A stretch of DNA of 7,192 nucleotides from Escherichia coli (lineage in GTDB: Bacteria > Pseudomonadota > Gammaproteobacteria > Enterobacterales > Enterobacteriaceae). The translations under genes were made by a program, and so were the position numbers. Positions within the stretch are counted from its first letter, which is position 1. Each line of letters begins with the position of its first letter. Shown one piece after another: positions 1 through 7,192 of this stretch. The notes below the pieces were generated by a model. It worked only from the letters and a program-made list of their open reading frames with translations, made no database searches and was not told the DNA's origin. The stretch lies in the NCBI RefSeq assembly GCF_003334355.1, contig NZ_QOWP01000064.1; one strand, written 5' to 3'.

Positions 1-972
1 ATCTTCTGCGACGAACATGGTCGCGTGCGGGTGAAGTTCAACTGGGACCGTTATAACCCGGCAGACCAAGACAGTTCATGCTGGATCCGTGTGGCACAGG
101 CGTGGGCAGGCACCGGCTTTGGCAACCTGGCGATACCGCGAGTGGGTCAGGAGGTGATTGTGGACTTCCTCAACGGCGACCCGGACCAGCCGATTATTAT
201 GGGGCGTACCTACCACCATGAAAACCGCACACCCGGCAGCCTGCCGGGGACGAAGACGCAGATGACGATCCGCTCGAAAACCTATAAGGGCAGCGGGTTT
301 AATGAACTGAAGTTTGACGATGCGACAGGGAAAGAACAGGTCTACATCCACGCGCAGAAGAACATGAACACCGAGGTGCTGAATAACCGCACCACTGATG
401 TGATAAACAACCATGCTGAAACCATTGGCAACAATCAGATGATTGCGGTTACCAACAATCAGATACAGACGGTGGGTGTTAACCAGATAGAGACGGTGGG
501 CAGTAACCAGATAATTAAAGTGGGTTCTGTTCAGGTGGAAACGATTGGACTTGTTCGTGCGCTGACCGTGGGCGTGGCGTACCAGACGACGGTAGGTGGC
601 ATTATGAACACTTCGGTGGCTCTGATGCAGTCCTCGCAGATCGGTTTGCATAAATCGTTGAGGGTCGGGCTGGGTTATGACGTCAAAGTCGGAAATAACG
701 TTACCTTCACCGTTGGTAAAACGAAAAAGGATGATACCGGGCAGACCGCGATTTACTCCGCCGGTGAGCATCTGGAGCTCTGCTGTGGTAAGGCAAGGCT
801 GGTGCTGACGAAGGACGGACAAATTTTTCTCAACGGCACAAAAATTCATTTGCAGGGTAAGGAGCAGGTTAATGGTGACTCACTGTTGATTAACTGGAAC
901 TGTGCAGCCTCGAAATCCCCACCGAAGACCCCTGATGAAAAGCAGGATACGCCGGATATGAGAGAGTACTGA
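1..972 (+). CDS. vgrG: VgrG (T6SS spike) C-terminal portion; 5' end lies outside the window
   Basis: Frame 1 is open from nt 1 (IFCDEHGRVRVKFNWDRYNPADQDSSCWIRVAQAWAGTGFG...) to TGA at 970-972. The FCDEHGRV.KF.WDR block followed by NQIxTVGx octapeptide repeats is the VgrG gp27/gp5-like region as I recall it. The ORF track start at 25 (GTG) is internal. Confidence 0.9.
   Translation: MFCDEHGRVRVKFNWDRYNPADQDSSCWIRVAQAWAGTGFGNLAIPRVGQEVIVDFLNGDPDQPIIMGRTYHHENRTPGSLPGTKTQMTIRSKTYKGSGFNELKFDDATGKEQVYIHAQKNMNTEVLNNRTTDVINNHAETIGNNQMIAVTNNQIQTVGVNQIETVGSNQIIKVGSVQVETIGLVRALTVGVAYQTTVGGIMNTSVALMQSSQIGLHKSLRVGLGYDVKVGNNVTFTVGKTKKDDTGQTAIYSAGEHLELCCGKARLVLTKDGQIFLNGTKIHLQGKEQVNGDSLLINWNCAASKSPPKTPDEKQDTPDMREY
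433..528 (+). repeat. Four tandem 24-nt units inside vgrG encoding octapeptide beta-helix repeats (NQMIAVTN / NQIQTVGV / NQIETVGS / NQIIKVGS)
   Basis: Direct repeats visible in the sequence: aatcagatgattgcggttaccaac, aatcagatacagacggtgggtgtt, aaccagatagagacggtgggcagt, aaccagataattaaagtgggttct. All are in the vgrG frame. Confidence 0.85.
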
Positions 973-1031
973 TCCCGTACCTGTTCGGTATTCAGTAACA
1001 AACAAGCATTAAAAATAAACAGAAGAAGGAA

Positions 1032-4000
1032 TTGAATCATGAGCGGAAAACCAGCGGCGCGTCAGGGAATATGACTCAGTATGGCGGTCCCATTGTCCAG
1101 GGTTCGGCAGGTGTAAGAATTGGCGCGCCCACCGGCGTGGCGTGCTCGGTGTGTCCGGGCGGGATGACTTCGGGCAACCCGGTAAATCCGCTGCTGGGGG
1201 CGAAGGTGCTGCCCGGCGAGACGGACCTTGCGCTGCCCGGCCCGCTGCCGTTCATTCTCTCCCGCACCTACAGCAGCTACCGGACCAGGACACCCGCGCC
1301 GGTGGGAGTGTTTGGCCCCGGCTGGAAAGCGCCTTCTGATATCCGCTTACAGCTACGCGATGATGCACTGGTACTCAACGACAACGGCGGGCGGAGCATT
1401 CACTTTGAGCCGCTGCTGCCGGGGGAGGCGGTGTACAGCCGCAGCGAGTCAATGTGGCTGGTGCGCGGTGGTAAGGCAGCGCAGCCGGACGGCCACACGC
1501 TGGCGCGGCTGTGGGGGGCGCTGCCGCCGGATATCCGGTTAAGCCCGCATCTTTACCTGGCGACCAACAGCGCACAGGGGCCGTGGTGGATACTGGGGTG
1601 GTCAGAGCGGGTGCCGGGTGCTGAGGACGTACTGCCAGCGCCGCTGCCGCCGTACCGGGTGCTTACCGGGCTGGCAGACCGTTTCGGGCGGACGCTGACG
1701 TACCGGCGTGAGGCCGCAGGCGACCTGGCCGGGGAAATCACCGGCGTGACGGACGGTGCCGGGCGGGAGTTCCGTCTGGTGCTGACCACGCAGGCGCAGC
1801 GTGCGGAAGAGGCCCGCACCTCTTCGCTATCTTCTTCTGACAGTTCCCGCCCTCTCTCAGCCTCAGCGTTCCCCGACACACTGCCCGGTACCGAATACGG
1901 CCCCGACAGGGGTATCCGCCTTTCGGCGGTGTGGCTGATGCACGACCCGGCATACCCGGAGAGCCTGCCCGCTGCGCCACTGGTGCGGTACACGTATACG
2001 GAAGCCGGTGAACTGCTGGCGGTATATGACCGCAGCAATACGCAGGTGCGCGCTTTCACGTATGACGCGCAGCACCCGGGCCGGATGGTGGCGCACCGTT
2101 ACGCGGGAAAGCCGGAGATGCGCTACCGCTACGACGATACGGGGCGGGTGGTGGAGCAACTGAACCCGGCAGGGTTAAGCTACCGCTATCTTTATGAGCA
2201 GGACCGCATCACCGTCACCGACAGCCTGAACCGGCGTGAGGTGCTGCATACAGAAGGCGGGGCCGGGCTGAAACGGGTGGTGAAAAAAGAACTGGCGGAC
2301 GGCAGCGTCACGCACAGCGGGTATGACGCGGCAGGAAGGCTCACGGCGCAGACGGACGCGGCGGGACGGAGGACAGAGTACGGTCTGAATGTGGTGTCCG
2401 GCGATATCACGGACATCACCACACCGGACGGGCGGGAGACGAAATTTTACTATAACGACGGGAACCAGCTGACGGCGGTGGTGTACCCGGACGGGCTGGA
2501 GAGCCGCCGGGAATATGATGAACCGGGCAGGCTGGTATCGGAGACATCGCGCAGCGGGGAGACAGTACGCTACCGCTACGATGACGCGCACAGTGAGTTA
2601 CCGGCGACGACAACGGATGCGACGGGCAGCACCCGGCAGATGACGTGGAGCCGCTACGGGCAGTTGCTGGCGTTCACTGACTGCTCGGGCTACCAGACCC
2701 GCTATGAATACGACCGCTTCGGCCAGATGACGGCGGTTCACCGCGAGGAAGGTATCAGCCTTTACCGCCACTATGACAACCGTGGCCGGTTAACCTCGGT
2801 GAAAGACGCACAGGGCCGTGAAACGCGGTATGAATACAACGCCGCAGGCGACCTGACTGCCGTCATTACCCCGGACGGCAACCGGAGCGAGACACAGTAC
2901 GATGCGTGGGGAAAGGCGGTCAGCACCACGCAGGGCGGGCTGACGCGCAGTATGGAGTACGATGCTGCCGGACGTGTCATCAGTCTGACTAACGAGAACG
3001 GCAGCCACAGCGACTTCAGCTACGATGCGCTGGACCGGCTGGTACAGCAGGGCGGCTTTGACGGGCGGACGCAACGTTATCATTATGACCTGACCGGAAA
3101 ACTCACGCAGAGTGAAGATGAGGGGCTTATCACCCTCTGGCACTACGATGCGTCGGACCGCATCACGCACCGGACGGTGAACGGCGACCCGGCAGAGCAG
3201 TGGCAGTATGATGAGCACGGGTGGTTAACCACCCTCAGCCATACCAGTGAAGGCCACCGCGTGTCGGTCCACTACGGCTATGACGATAAAGGCCGCCTGA
3301 CCGGCGAACGCCAGACGGTGGAGAACCCGGAGACGGGGGAACTGCTGTGGCACCATGAGACCGGACATGCGTACAACGAACAGGGGCTGGCAAACCGCGT
3401 CACGCCGGACAGTCTGCCGCCGGTGGAGTGGCTGACCTACGGCAGCGGCTATCTTGCGGGCATGAAGCTGGGCGGGACGCCGCTGCTGGAGTTCACGCGC
3501 GACCGCCTGCACCGTGAGACGGTGCGCAGCTTCGGCAGCATGGCAGGCAGTAATGCCGCATATAAACTGACCAGCACATACACCCCCGCAGGCCAGTTAC
3601 AGAGCCAGCACCTGAACAGCCTGGTGTATGACCGTGACTACGGGTGGAATGACAACGGCGACCTGGTGCGCATCAGCGGCCCGCGACAGACGCGGGAATA
3701 CGGCTACAGCGCCACGGGCAGGCTGGAGAGTGTGCGCACCCTCGCACCAGACCTGGACATCCGCATCCCGTATGCCACGGACCCGGCGGGCAACCGGCTG
3801 CCGGACCCGGAGCTGCACCCGGACAGTACACTCACAGTGTGGCCGGATAACCGCATCGCGGAGGATGCGCACTATGTCTACCGCCACGATGAATACGGCA
3901 GGCTGACGGAGAAGACGGACCGCATCCCGGCGGGTGTGATACGGACGGACGACGAGCGGACCCACCACTACCACTACGACAGCCAGCACCGCCTGGTGTT

Positions 4001-5261
4001 CTACACGCGGATACAGCATGGCGAGCCACTGGTCGAGAGCCGCTACCTCTACGACCCGCTGGGACGGCGAATGGCAAAACGGGTCTGGCGGCGGGAGCGT
4101 GACCTGACGGGGTGGATGTCGCTGTCGCGTAAACCGGAGGTGACGTGGTATGGCTGGGACGGCGACCGGCTGACGACGGTGCAGACTGACACCACACGTA
4201 TCCAGACGGTATACGAGCCGGGAAGCTTCACGCCGCTCATCCGGGTCGAGACAGAGAACGGCGAGCGGGAAAAAGCGCAGCGGCGCAGCCTGGCAGAGAC
4301 GCTCCAGCAGGAAGGGAGTGAGAACGGCCACGGCGTGGTGTTCCCGGCTGAACTGGTGCGGCTGCTGGACAGGCTGGAGGAAGAAATCCGGGCAGACCGC
4401 GTGAGCAGTGAAAGCCGGGCGTGGCTTGCGCAGTGCGGGCTGACGGTGGAGCAACTGGCCAGACAGGTGGAGCCGGAATACACACCGGCGCGAAAAGTTC
4501 ATTTTTACCACTGCGACCACCGGGGCCTGCCGCTGGCGCTCATCAGCGAAGACGGCAATACGGCGTGGCGCGGGGAGTATGATGAATGGGGCAACCAGCT
4601 TAATGAGGAGAACCCGCATCACCTGCACCAGCCGTACCGTCTGCCAGGGCAGCAGCATGATGAGGAGTCGGGGCTGTACTATAACCGTCACCGGCACTAC
4701 GATCCGTTGCAGGGGCGGTATATCACCCCGGACCCGATTGGGTTGAGAGGTGGATGGAATATGTATCAGTATCCGTTGAATCCCATACAAGTGATAGACC
4801 CAATGGGGTTAGATGCGATTGAGAATATGACATCAGGTGGACTAATTTATGCCGTATCTGGTGTACCTGGATTGATTGCTGCAAACAGCATTACTAACAG
4901 TGCTTACCAGTTCGGTTATGATATGGATGCTATTGTTGGCGGAGCTCATAATGGGGCCGCCGATGCAATGAGACATTGTTACTTGATGTGTCGAATGACT
5001 AAGACATTTGGATCAACAATAGCTGACGTGATAGGTAAAAATCATGAGGCGGCAGGGGATAGACAAGGTCAGCCAGCTAAAGAAAGAATCATGGATCTTA
5101 AAAATAACACTGTCGGTATTGCTTGTGGCGATTTTTCTGCCAAATGTAGCGATGCATGTATTGAAAAATATAACACTGGGCAACTCTTCGGGTTAGATGG
5201 TATAAAAGCAGATAATCCAATAAAAGCAAAGCAAGGGAGTTCAGATGCTTCAAATTATTAG
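1032..5261 (+). CDS. Rhs-family polymorphic toxin: PAAR-like N-terminal domain, YD-repeat shell, RHS core ending in DPxGL, variable C-terminal toxin
   Basis: 1409-codon ORF ending at TAG 5259-5261. Many YD-type repeats ([86 protein letters not shown]). Core terminus is [32 protein letters not shown]. The start is ambiguous: in-frame candidates are TTG 1032 and ATG 1071, while the ATG with the best Shine-Dalgarno (1039) is in another frame. Confidence 0.9.
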   Translation: MNHERKTSGASGNMTQYGGPIVQGSAGVRIGAPTGVACSVCPGGMTSGNPVNPLLGAKVLPGETDLALPGPLPFILSRTYSSYRTRTPAPVGVFGPGWKAPSDIRLQLRDDALVLNDNGGRSIHFEPLLPGEAVYSRSESMWLVRGGKAAQPDGHTLARLWGALPPDIRLSPHLYLATNSAQGPWWILGWSERVPGAEDVLPAPLPPYRVLTGLADRFGRTLTYRREAAGDLAGEITGVTDGAGREFRLVLTTQAQRAEEARTSSLSSSDSSRPLSASAFPDTLPGTEYGPDRGIRLSAVWLMHDPAYPESLPAAPLVRYTYTEAGELLAVYDRSNTQVRAFTYDAQHPGRMVAHRYAGKPEMRYRYDDTGRVVEQLNPAGLSYRYLYEQDRITVTDSLNRREVLHTEGGAGLKRVVKKELADGSVTHSGYDAAGRLTAQTDAAGRRTEYGLNVVSGDITDITTPDGRETKFYYNDGNQLTAVVYPDGLESRREYDEPGRLVSETSRSGETVRYRYDDAHSELPATTTDATGSTRQMTWSRYGQLLAFTDCSGYQTRYEYDRFGQMTAVHREEGISLYRHYDNRGRLTSVKDAQGRETRYEYNAAGDLTAVITPDGNRSETQYDAWGKAVSTTQGGLTRSMEYDAAGRVISLTNENGSHSDFSYDALDRLVQQGGFDGRTQRYHYDLTGKLTQSEDEGLITLWHYDASDRITHRTVNGDPAEQWQYDEHGWLTTLSHTSEGHRVSVHYGYDDKGRLTGERQTVENPETGELLWHHETGHAYNEQGLANRVTPDSLPPVEWLTYGSGYLAGMKLGGTPLLEFTRDRLHRETVRSFGSMAGSNAAYKLTSTYTPAGQLQSQHLNSLVYDRDYGWNDNGDLVRISGPRQTREYGYSATGRLESVRTLAPDLDIRIPYATDPAGNRLPDPELHPDSTLTVWPDNRIAEDAHYVYRHDEYGRLTEKTDRIPAGVIRTDDERTHHYHYDSQHRLVFYTRIQHGEPLVESRYLYDPLGRRMAKRVWRRERDLTGWMSLSRKPEVTWYGWDGDRLTTVQTDTTRIQTVYEPGSFTPLIRVETENGEREKAQRRSLAETLQQEGSENGHGVVFPAELVRLLDRLEEEIRADRVSSESRAWLAQCGLTVEQLARQVEPEYTPARKVHFYHCDHRGLPLALISEDGNTAWRGEYDEWGNQLNEENPHHLHQPYRLPGQQHDEESGLYYNRHRHYDPLQGRYITPDPIGLRGGWNMYQYPLNPIQVIDPMGLDAIENMTSGGLIYAVSGVPGLIAANSITNSAYQFGYDMDAIVGGAHNGAADAMRHCYLMCRMTKTFGSTIADVIGKNHEAAGDRQGQPAKERIMDLKNNTVGIACGDFSAKCSDACIEKYNTGQLFGLDGIKADNPIKAKQGSSDASNY
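1039..1074 (+). other. Short [14 protein letters not shown]-stop carrying the PAAR motif, out of frame with the rhs body
   Basis: ATG 1039 preceded by GAAGGA (1025-1030) with an 8-nt spacer. It translates atg agc gga aaa cca gcg gcg cgt cag gga ata tga. Confidence 0.6.
4731..4811 (+). other. RHS core C-terminal boundary with two DPxGL motifs (DPIGL 4731-4745, DPMGL 4797-4811)
   Basis: Both motifs read directly in the rhs frame. The sequence turns from GC-rich to AT-rich across this segment. Confidence 0.8.
4812..5258 (+). other. Rhs variable C-terminal toxin domain, about 149 aa, family not recognised
   Basis: Sequence downstream of DPMGL: [151 protein letters not shown]-rich, with five Cys and several His. 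Confidence 0.7.
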
Positions 5262-5727
5262 AGGCAAACTTGTCATTTTTTTAATTACCCTTTGTTTATT
5301 TGTTGTTTACCTTGGGTTTGATAACAATTCAAATTCTGACATCGTATTTTATGGACATAAAACACCAAAGAGCGTTGAGATATATCTTTCTGAAAAAAAT
5401 ATTATTTATAAAATAATTAATGACCAAAAAATTAGTAGAGGGAATGGTCATTTTATAAGTGTAATGGTTAATAATTACAGGACGCACTGTGGAGTGGTTG
5501 ATATAAATCTTAATTTTTTCAATGATATTCTTTATAGCGTGCGATTAAAAAACATTAGTAAACTGGAGAATATGGAGTTCTGCGCTACAAAACAACGGGT
5601 GTATTTTAGTGATAAAAACAAGAAGGCTAGTTATAAAATAATTAATTATGGAGACTATTATGATGTTGATTATTATGATAACAATTTGAAAAATGAAGTT
5701 TTTGACTGGATTGGTAAATGGTCATAA
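5245..5727 (+). CDS. Putative cognate Rhs immunity protein (160 aa) with N-terminal hydrophobic signal/anchor segment
   Basis: ATG 5245 preceded by AGGGAG (5234-5239) with a 5-nt spacer. It overlaps the rhs stop by 17 nt and ends at TAA 5725-5727. Positively charged start (RGK) then hydrophobic [17 protein letters not shown]. Same AT-rich composition as the toxin domain and the usual position for an Rhs immunity gene. Confidence 0.7.
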   Translation: MLQIIRGKLVIFLITLCLFVVYLGFDNNSNSDIVFYGHKTPKSVEIYLSEKNIIYKIINDQKISRGNGHFISVMVNNYRTHCGVVDINLNFFNDILYSVRLKNISKLENMEFCATKQRVYFSDKNKKASYKIINYGDYYDVDYYDNNLKNEVFDWIGKWS

Positions 5728-5804
5728 TGAACAACACCAGAAAGAGAAAAATATAAAATACATACAGAAAGACATGAGAGCAAGGGACGGGGCAGGGCAA
5801 GATC

Positions 5805-5836
5805 ATGAAAATTGTGATGTAAATCACGATTTTCAT
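5805..5836. repeat. Imperfect inverted repeat: 14-nt arms (13 of 14 complementary; the odd position is a G-U wobble in RNA) around a 4-nt loop; possible weak terminator or protein-binding site
   Basis: atgaaaattgtgat-gtaa-atcacgattttcat, followed by ctttgcttt. It lies 78 nt downstream of the immunity stop. Confidence 0.5.
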
Positions 5837-5908
5837 CTTTGCTTTAACGCCTACAGGTGATCAAAATTTAACCTTTGGAATAACTAAAAAGATAAAAAAG
5901 GACGCCAG

Positions 5909-7031
5909 GTGAGTATTCAAAGTTTGCTTGATTATATTTCAGTGACCCCTGATATACGACAACAAGGAAAGGTTAAACATAAATTATCTGCTATTTTGTT
6001 TCTCACCGTATGTGCAGTAATTGCAGGTGCCGATGAGTGGCAGGAAATTGAAGATTTTGGACATGAAAGACTTGAATGGCTAAAGAAATATGGTGATTTT
6101 GATAATGGCATTCCGGTCGATGACACCATTGCACGCGTTGTGAGTAACATTGACAGTTTGGCCTTTGAAAAGATGTTTATTGAATGGATGCAGGAGTGCC
6201 ATGAAATCACTGATGGTGAAATTATAGCAATAGATGGAAAGACCATAAGAGGCTCCTTTGATAAGGGAAAAAGAAAAGGAGCAATCCATATGGTGAGTGC
6301 ATTCTCGAACGAAAATGGTGTTGTACTGGGGCAGGTGAAAACGGAAGCCAAAAGTAATGAGATTACAGCCATTCCAGAGTTGCTTAACCTACTGTATTTA
6401 AAGAAAAATTTGATAACCATTGATGCTATGGGCTGTCAGAAAGATATCGCTTCGAAGATCAAAGATAAAAAAGCAGATTATCTTCTGGCAGTAAAAGGCA
6501 ATCAGGGGAAATTACATCATGCATTCGAGGAAAAATTTCCTGTAAATGTGTTTTCTAATTATAAAGGCGATTCGTTTAGTACGCAGGAGATAAGTCATGG
6601 AAGAAAAGAAACACGTTTGCATATTGTCAGTAACGTAACGCCTGAACTTTTGTGATTTTGAATTCGAATGGAAGGGATTAAAAAAGCTTTGTGTAGCATT
6701 GTCATTCAGGCAGAAGAAAGAAGATAAATCAGCAGAAGGTGTAAGCATCCGATATTATATTTCATCAAAGGATATGGATGCTAAAGAATTTGCACATGCT
6801 ATCAGAGCGCACTGGCTGATCGAGCACAGTCTTCATTGGGTGTTAGATGTAAAAATGAATGAAGATGCCAGCCGGATAAGAAGAGGAAACGCAGCCTAAA
6901 TAATATCTGGAATAAAGAAGATGGCACTGAATTTATTAAGAGATTGCAAAGACATTAAGGGTGAAGAGGAAAAGAAAGAAGGCTGCGTTAAACACAGGGA
7001 AAGATCATCAGAAGTTCACTTTTTGTACTAA
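5909..7031 (+). pseudogene. ISAs1-family (H-repeat associated) transposase, disrupted by a frameshift near 6650-6653 and an in-frame TAA at 6897-6899
   Basis: Segment 5909..6655 carries the family hallmarks as I recall them (EITAIPELL, DAMGCQKDIA, AVKGNQG). The protein continues in another frame from about 6654 ([18 protein letters not shown]...[29 protein letters not shown]) to TAA 6897-6899. The same frame then stays open for 43 more codons (IISGIKKMALNLL...) to TAA 7029-7031. The three segments sum to about 371 codons, close to the family length as I recall it. Confidence 0.8.
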
Positions 7032-7126
7032 ATAATTCGCATTTTATGTTTAAAAATTGAGATATTCCTCATTACCTGAAGCTGTTTTTTATTGCTTATA
7101 CATGATCAAATACTCCTTACATAATT

Positions 7127-7132
7127 AAGGAG
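7127..7132 (+). promoter_or_regulatory. Shine-Dalgarno AAGGAG for the second H-repeat transposase
   Basis: aaggag at 7127-7132, 6-nt spacer, ATG at 7139. Confidence 0.6.
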
Positions 7133-7138
7133 AACAAA

Positions 7139-7192
7139 ATGGAACTTAAAAAATTGATGGAACATATTTCTATTATCCCCGATTACAGACAA
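7139..7192 (+). CDS. 5' end of a second ISAs1-family (H-repeat) transposase; continues beyond the window
   Basis: MELKKLMEHISIIPDYRQ matches the N-terminus of E. coli H-repeat proteins (YhhI-like) as I recall it, and a strong SD lies upstream. It shares only 8 of 18 residues with the N-terminus of the upstream pseudogene (MSIQSLLDYISVTPDIRQ). Confidence 0.75.
   Translation, partial: MELKKLMEHISIIPDYRQ

Larger units (their letters stand above)
5858..7192 (+). mobile_element. Two tandem ISAs1-family (H-rpt) elements, the first decayed; element ends not determined
   Basis: Two consecutive H-repeat transposase reading frames in the same orientation immediately downstream of the rhs toxin/immunity module. 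Boundaries are approximate; no terminal inverted repeats could be defined by eye. Confidence 0.45.

Noticed and set aside
76-849. 257-codon minus-strand ORF overlapping vgrG
   Set aside because: It is entirely antisense to the VgrG frame, which has clear domain and repeat structure, and has no start context of its own.
973-1038. Independent sigma70 promoter for rhs in the vgrG-rhs spacer
   Set aside because: Only weak -35/-10 look-alikes (ttcagt, aataaa) with poor matches. Co-transcription from upstream is the simpler reading.
846-1040. 64-codon minus-strand ORF spanning the vgrG-rhs junction
   Set aside because: It overlaps the 3' end of vgrG and the rhs ribosome-binding region on the opposite strand, and is hydrophobic low complexity. 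I cannot support it as a gene.
3597-4790. 397-codon minus-strand ORF inside rhs
   Set aside because: It is antisense to the strongly supported Rhs frame in a GC-rich region, where long spurious antisense ORFs are expected. The protein is Arg/Pro/Val-rich low complexity with no recognisable motif. The same applies to the other minus-strand and alternative-frame ORFs between 1076 and 4485.
4812-5258. Assigning the toxin to a named family (deaminase, HNH/AHH nuclease, HExxH peptidase, ADP-ribosyltransferase)
   Set aside because: None of the defining motifs is present in the right form: HEA rather than HxE, no PCxxC, AHN rather than AHH, no HExxH, no ExE. Any family name would be a guess.
5642-5836. 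64-codon minus-strand ORF overlapping the immunity gene 3' end
   Set aside because: It is antisense to the immunity ORF in AT-rich sequence, and its start coincides with one arm of the inverted repeat. Most likely an artifact of AT-rich composition.
5932-6748. Minus-strand ORFs antisense to the H-repeat transposase (5932..6420, 6080..6289, 6512..6748)
   Set aside because: The plus-strand frame carries clear ISAs1-family motifs; the antisense ORFs have no features of their own.
5858-7110. TGATCAAA motif upstream of both H-repeat ORFs (5858-5865 and 7103-7110) as possible IS terminal repeats
   Set aside because: An 8-nt match containing the palindromic TGATCA is too short, and the spacing to the two start codons differs (51 vs 36 nt). 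IS ends cannot be assigned without an alignment to reference ISAs1 elements.
1-7192. CRISPR arrays, tRNA or rRNA genes
   Set aside because: No regularly spaced direct repeats with unique spacers and no tRNA-like or rRNA-like sequence was seen. The only tandem repeats are coding (vgrG beta-helix, Rhs YD repeats).

Overview
This window is a T6SS-linked Rhs polymorphic-toxin locus of the enterobacterial type, read directly from the sequence and ORF track with no searches run. In order on the + strand: the 3' end of a vgrG spike gene (1..972); a ~1400-codon rhs gene (1032..5261) with a PAAR-type N-terminus, YD-repeat shell and DPxGL core boundary (4731..4811); a short AT-rich C-terminal toxin domain of a family I cannot place (4812..5258); a small overlapping ORF that is the likely cognate immunity gene, with an N-terminal membrane anchor (5245..5727); a decayed ISAs1-family (H-repeat) transposase pseudogene (5909..7031); and the first 18 codons of a second, different H-repeat transposase (7139..7192). 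Composition is visibly mosaic: GC-rich vgrG and rhs core, then AT-rich toxin, immunity and IS region. Most worth follow-up are the unclassified toxin/immunity pair and an apparent 1-nt frame break that separates the PAAR motif start codon (ATG 1039) from the rest of rhs. No tRNA, rRNA or CRISPR array was seen.
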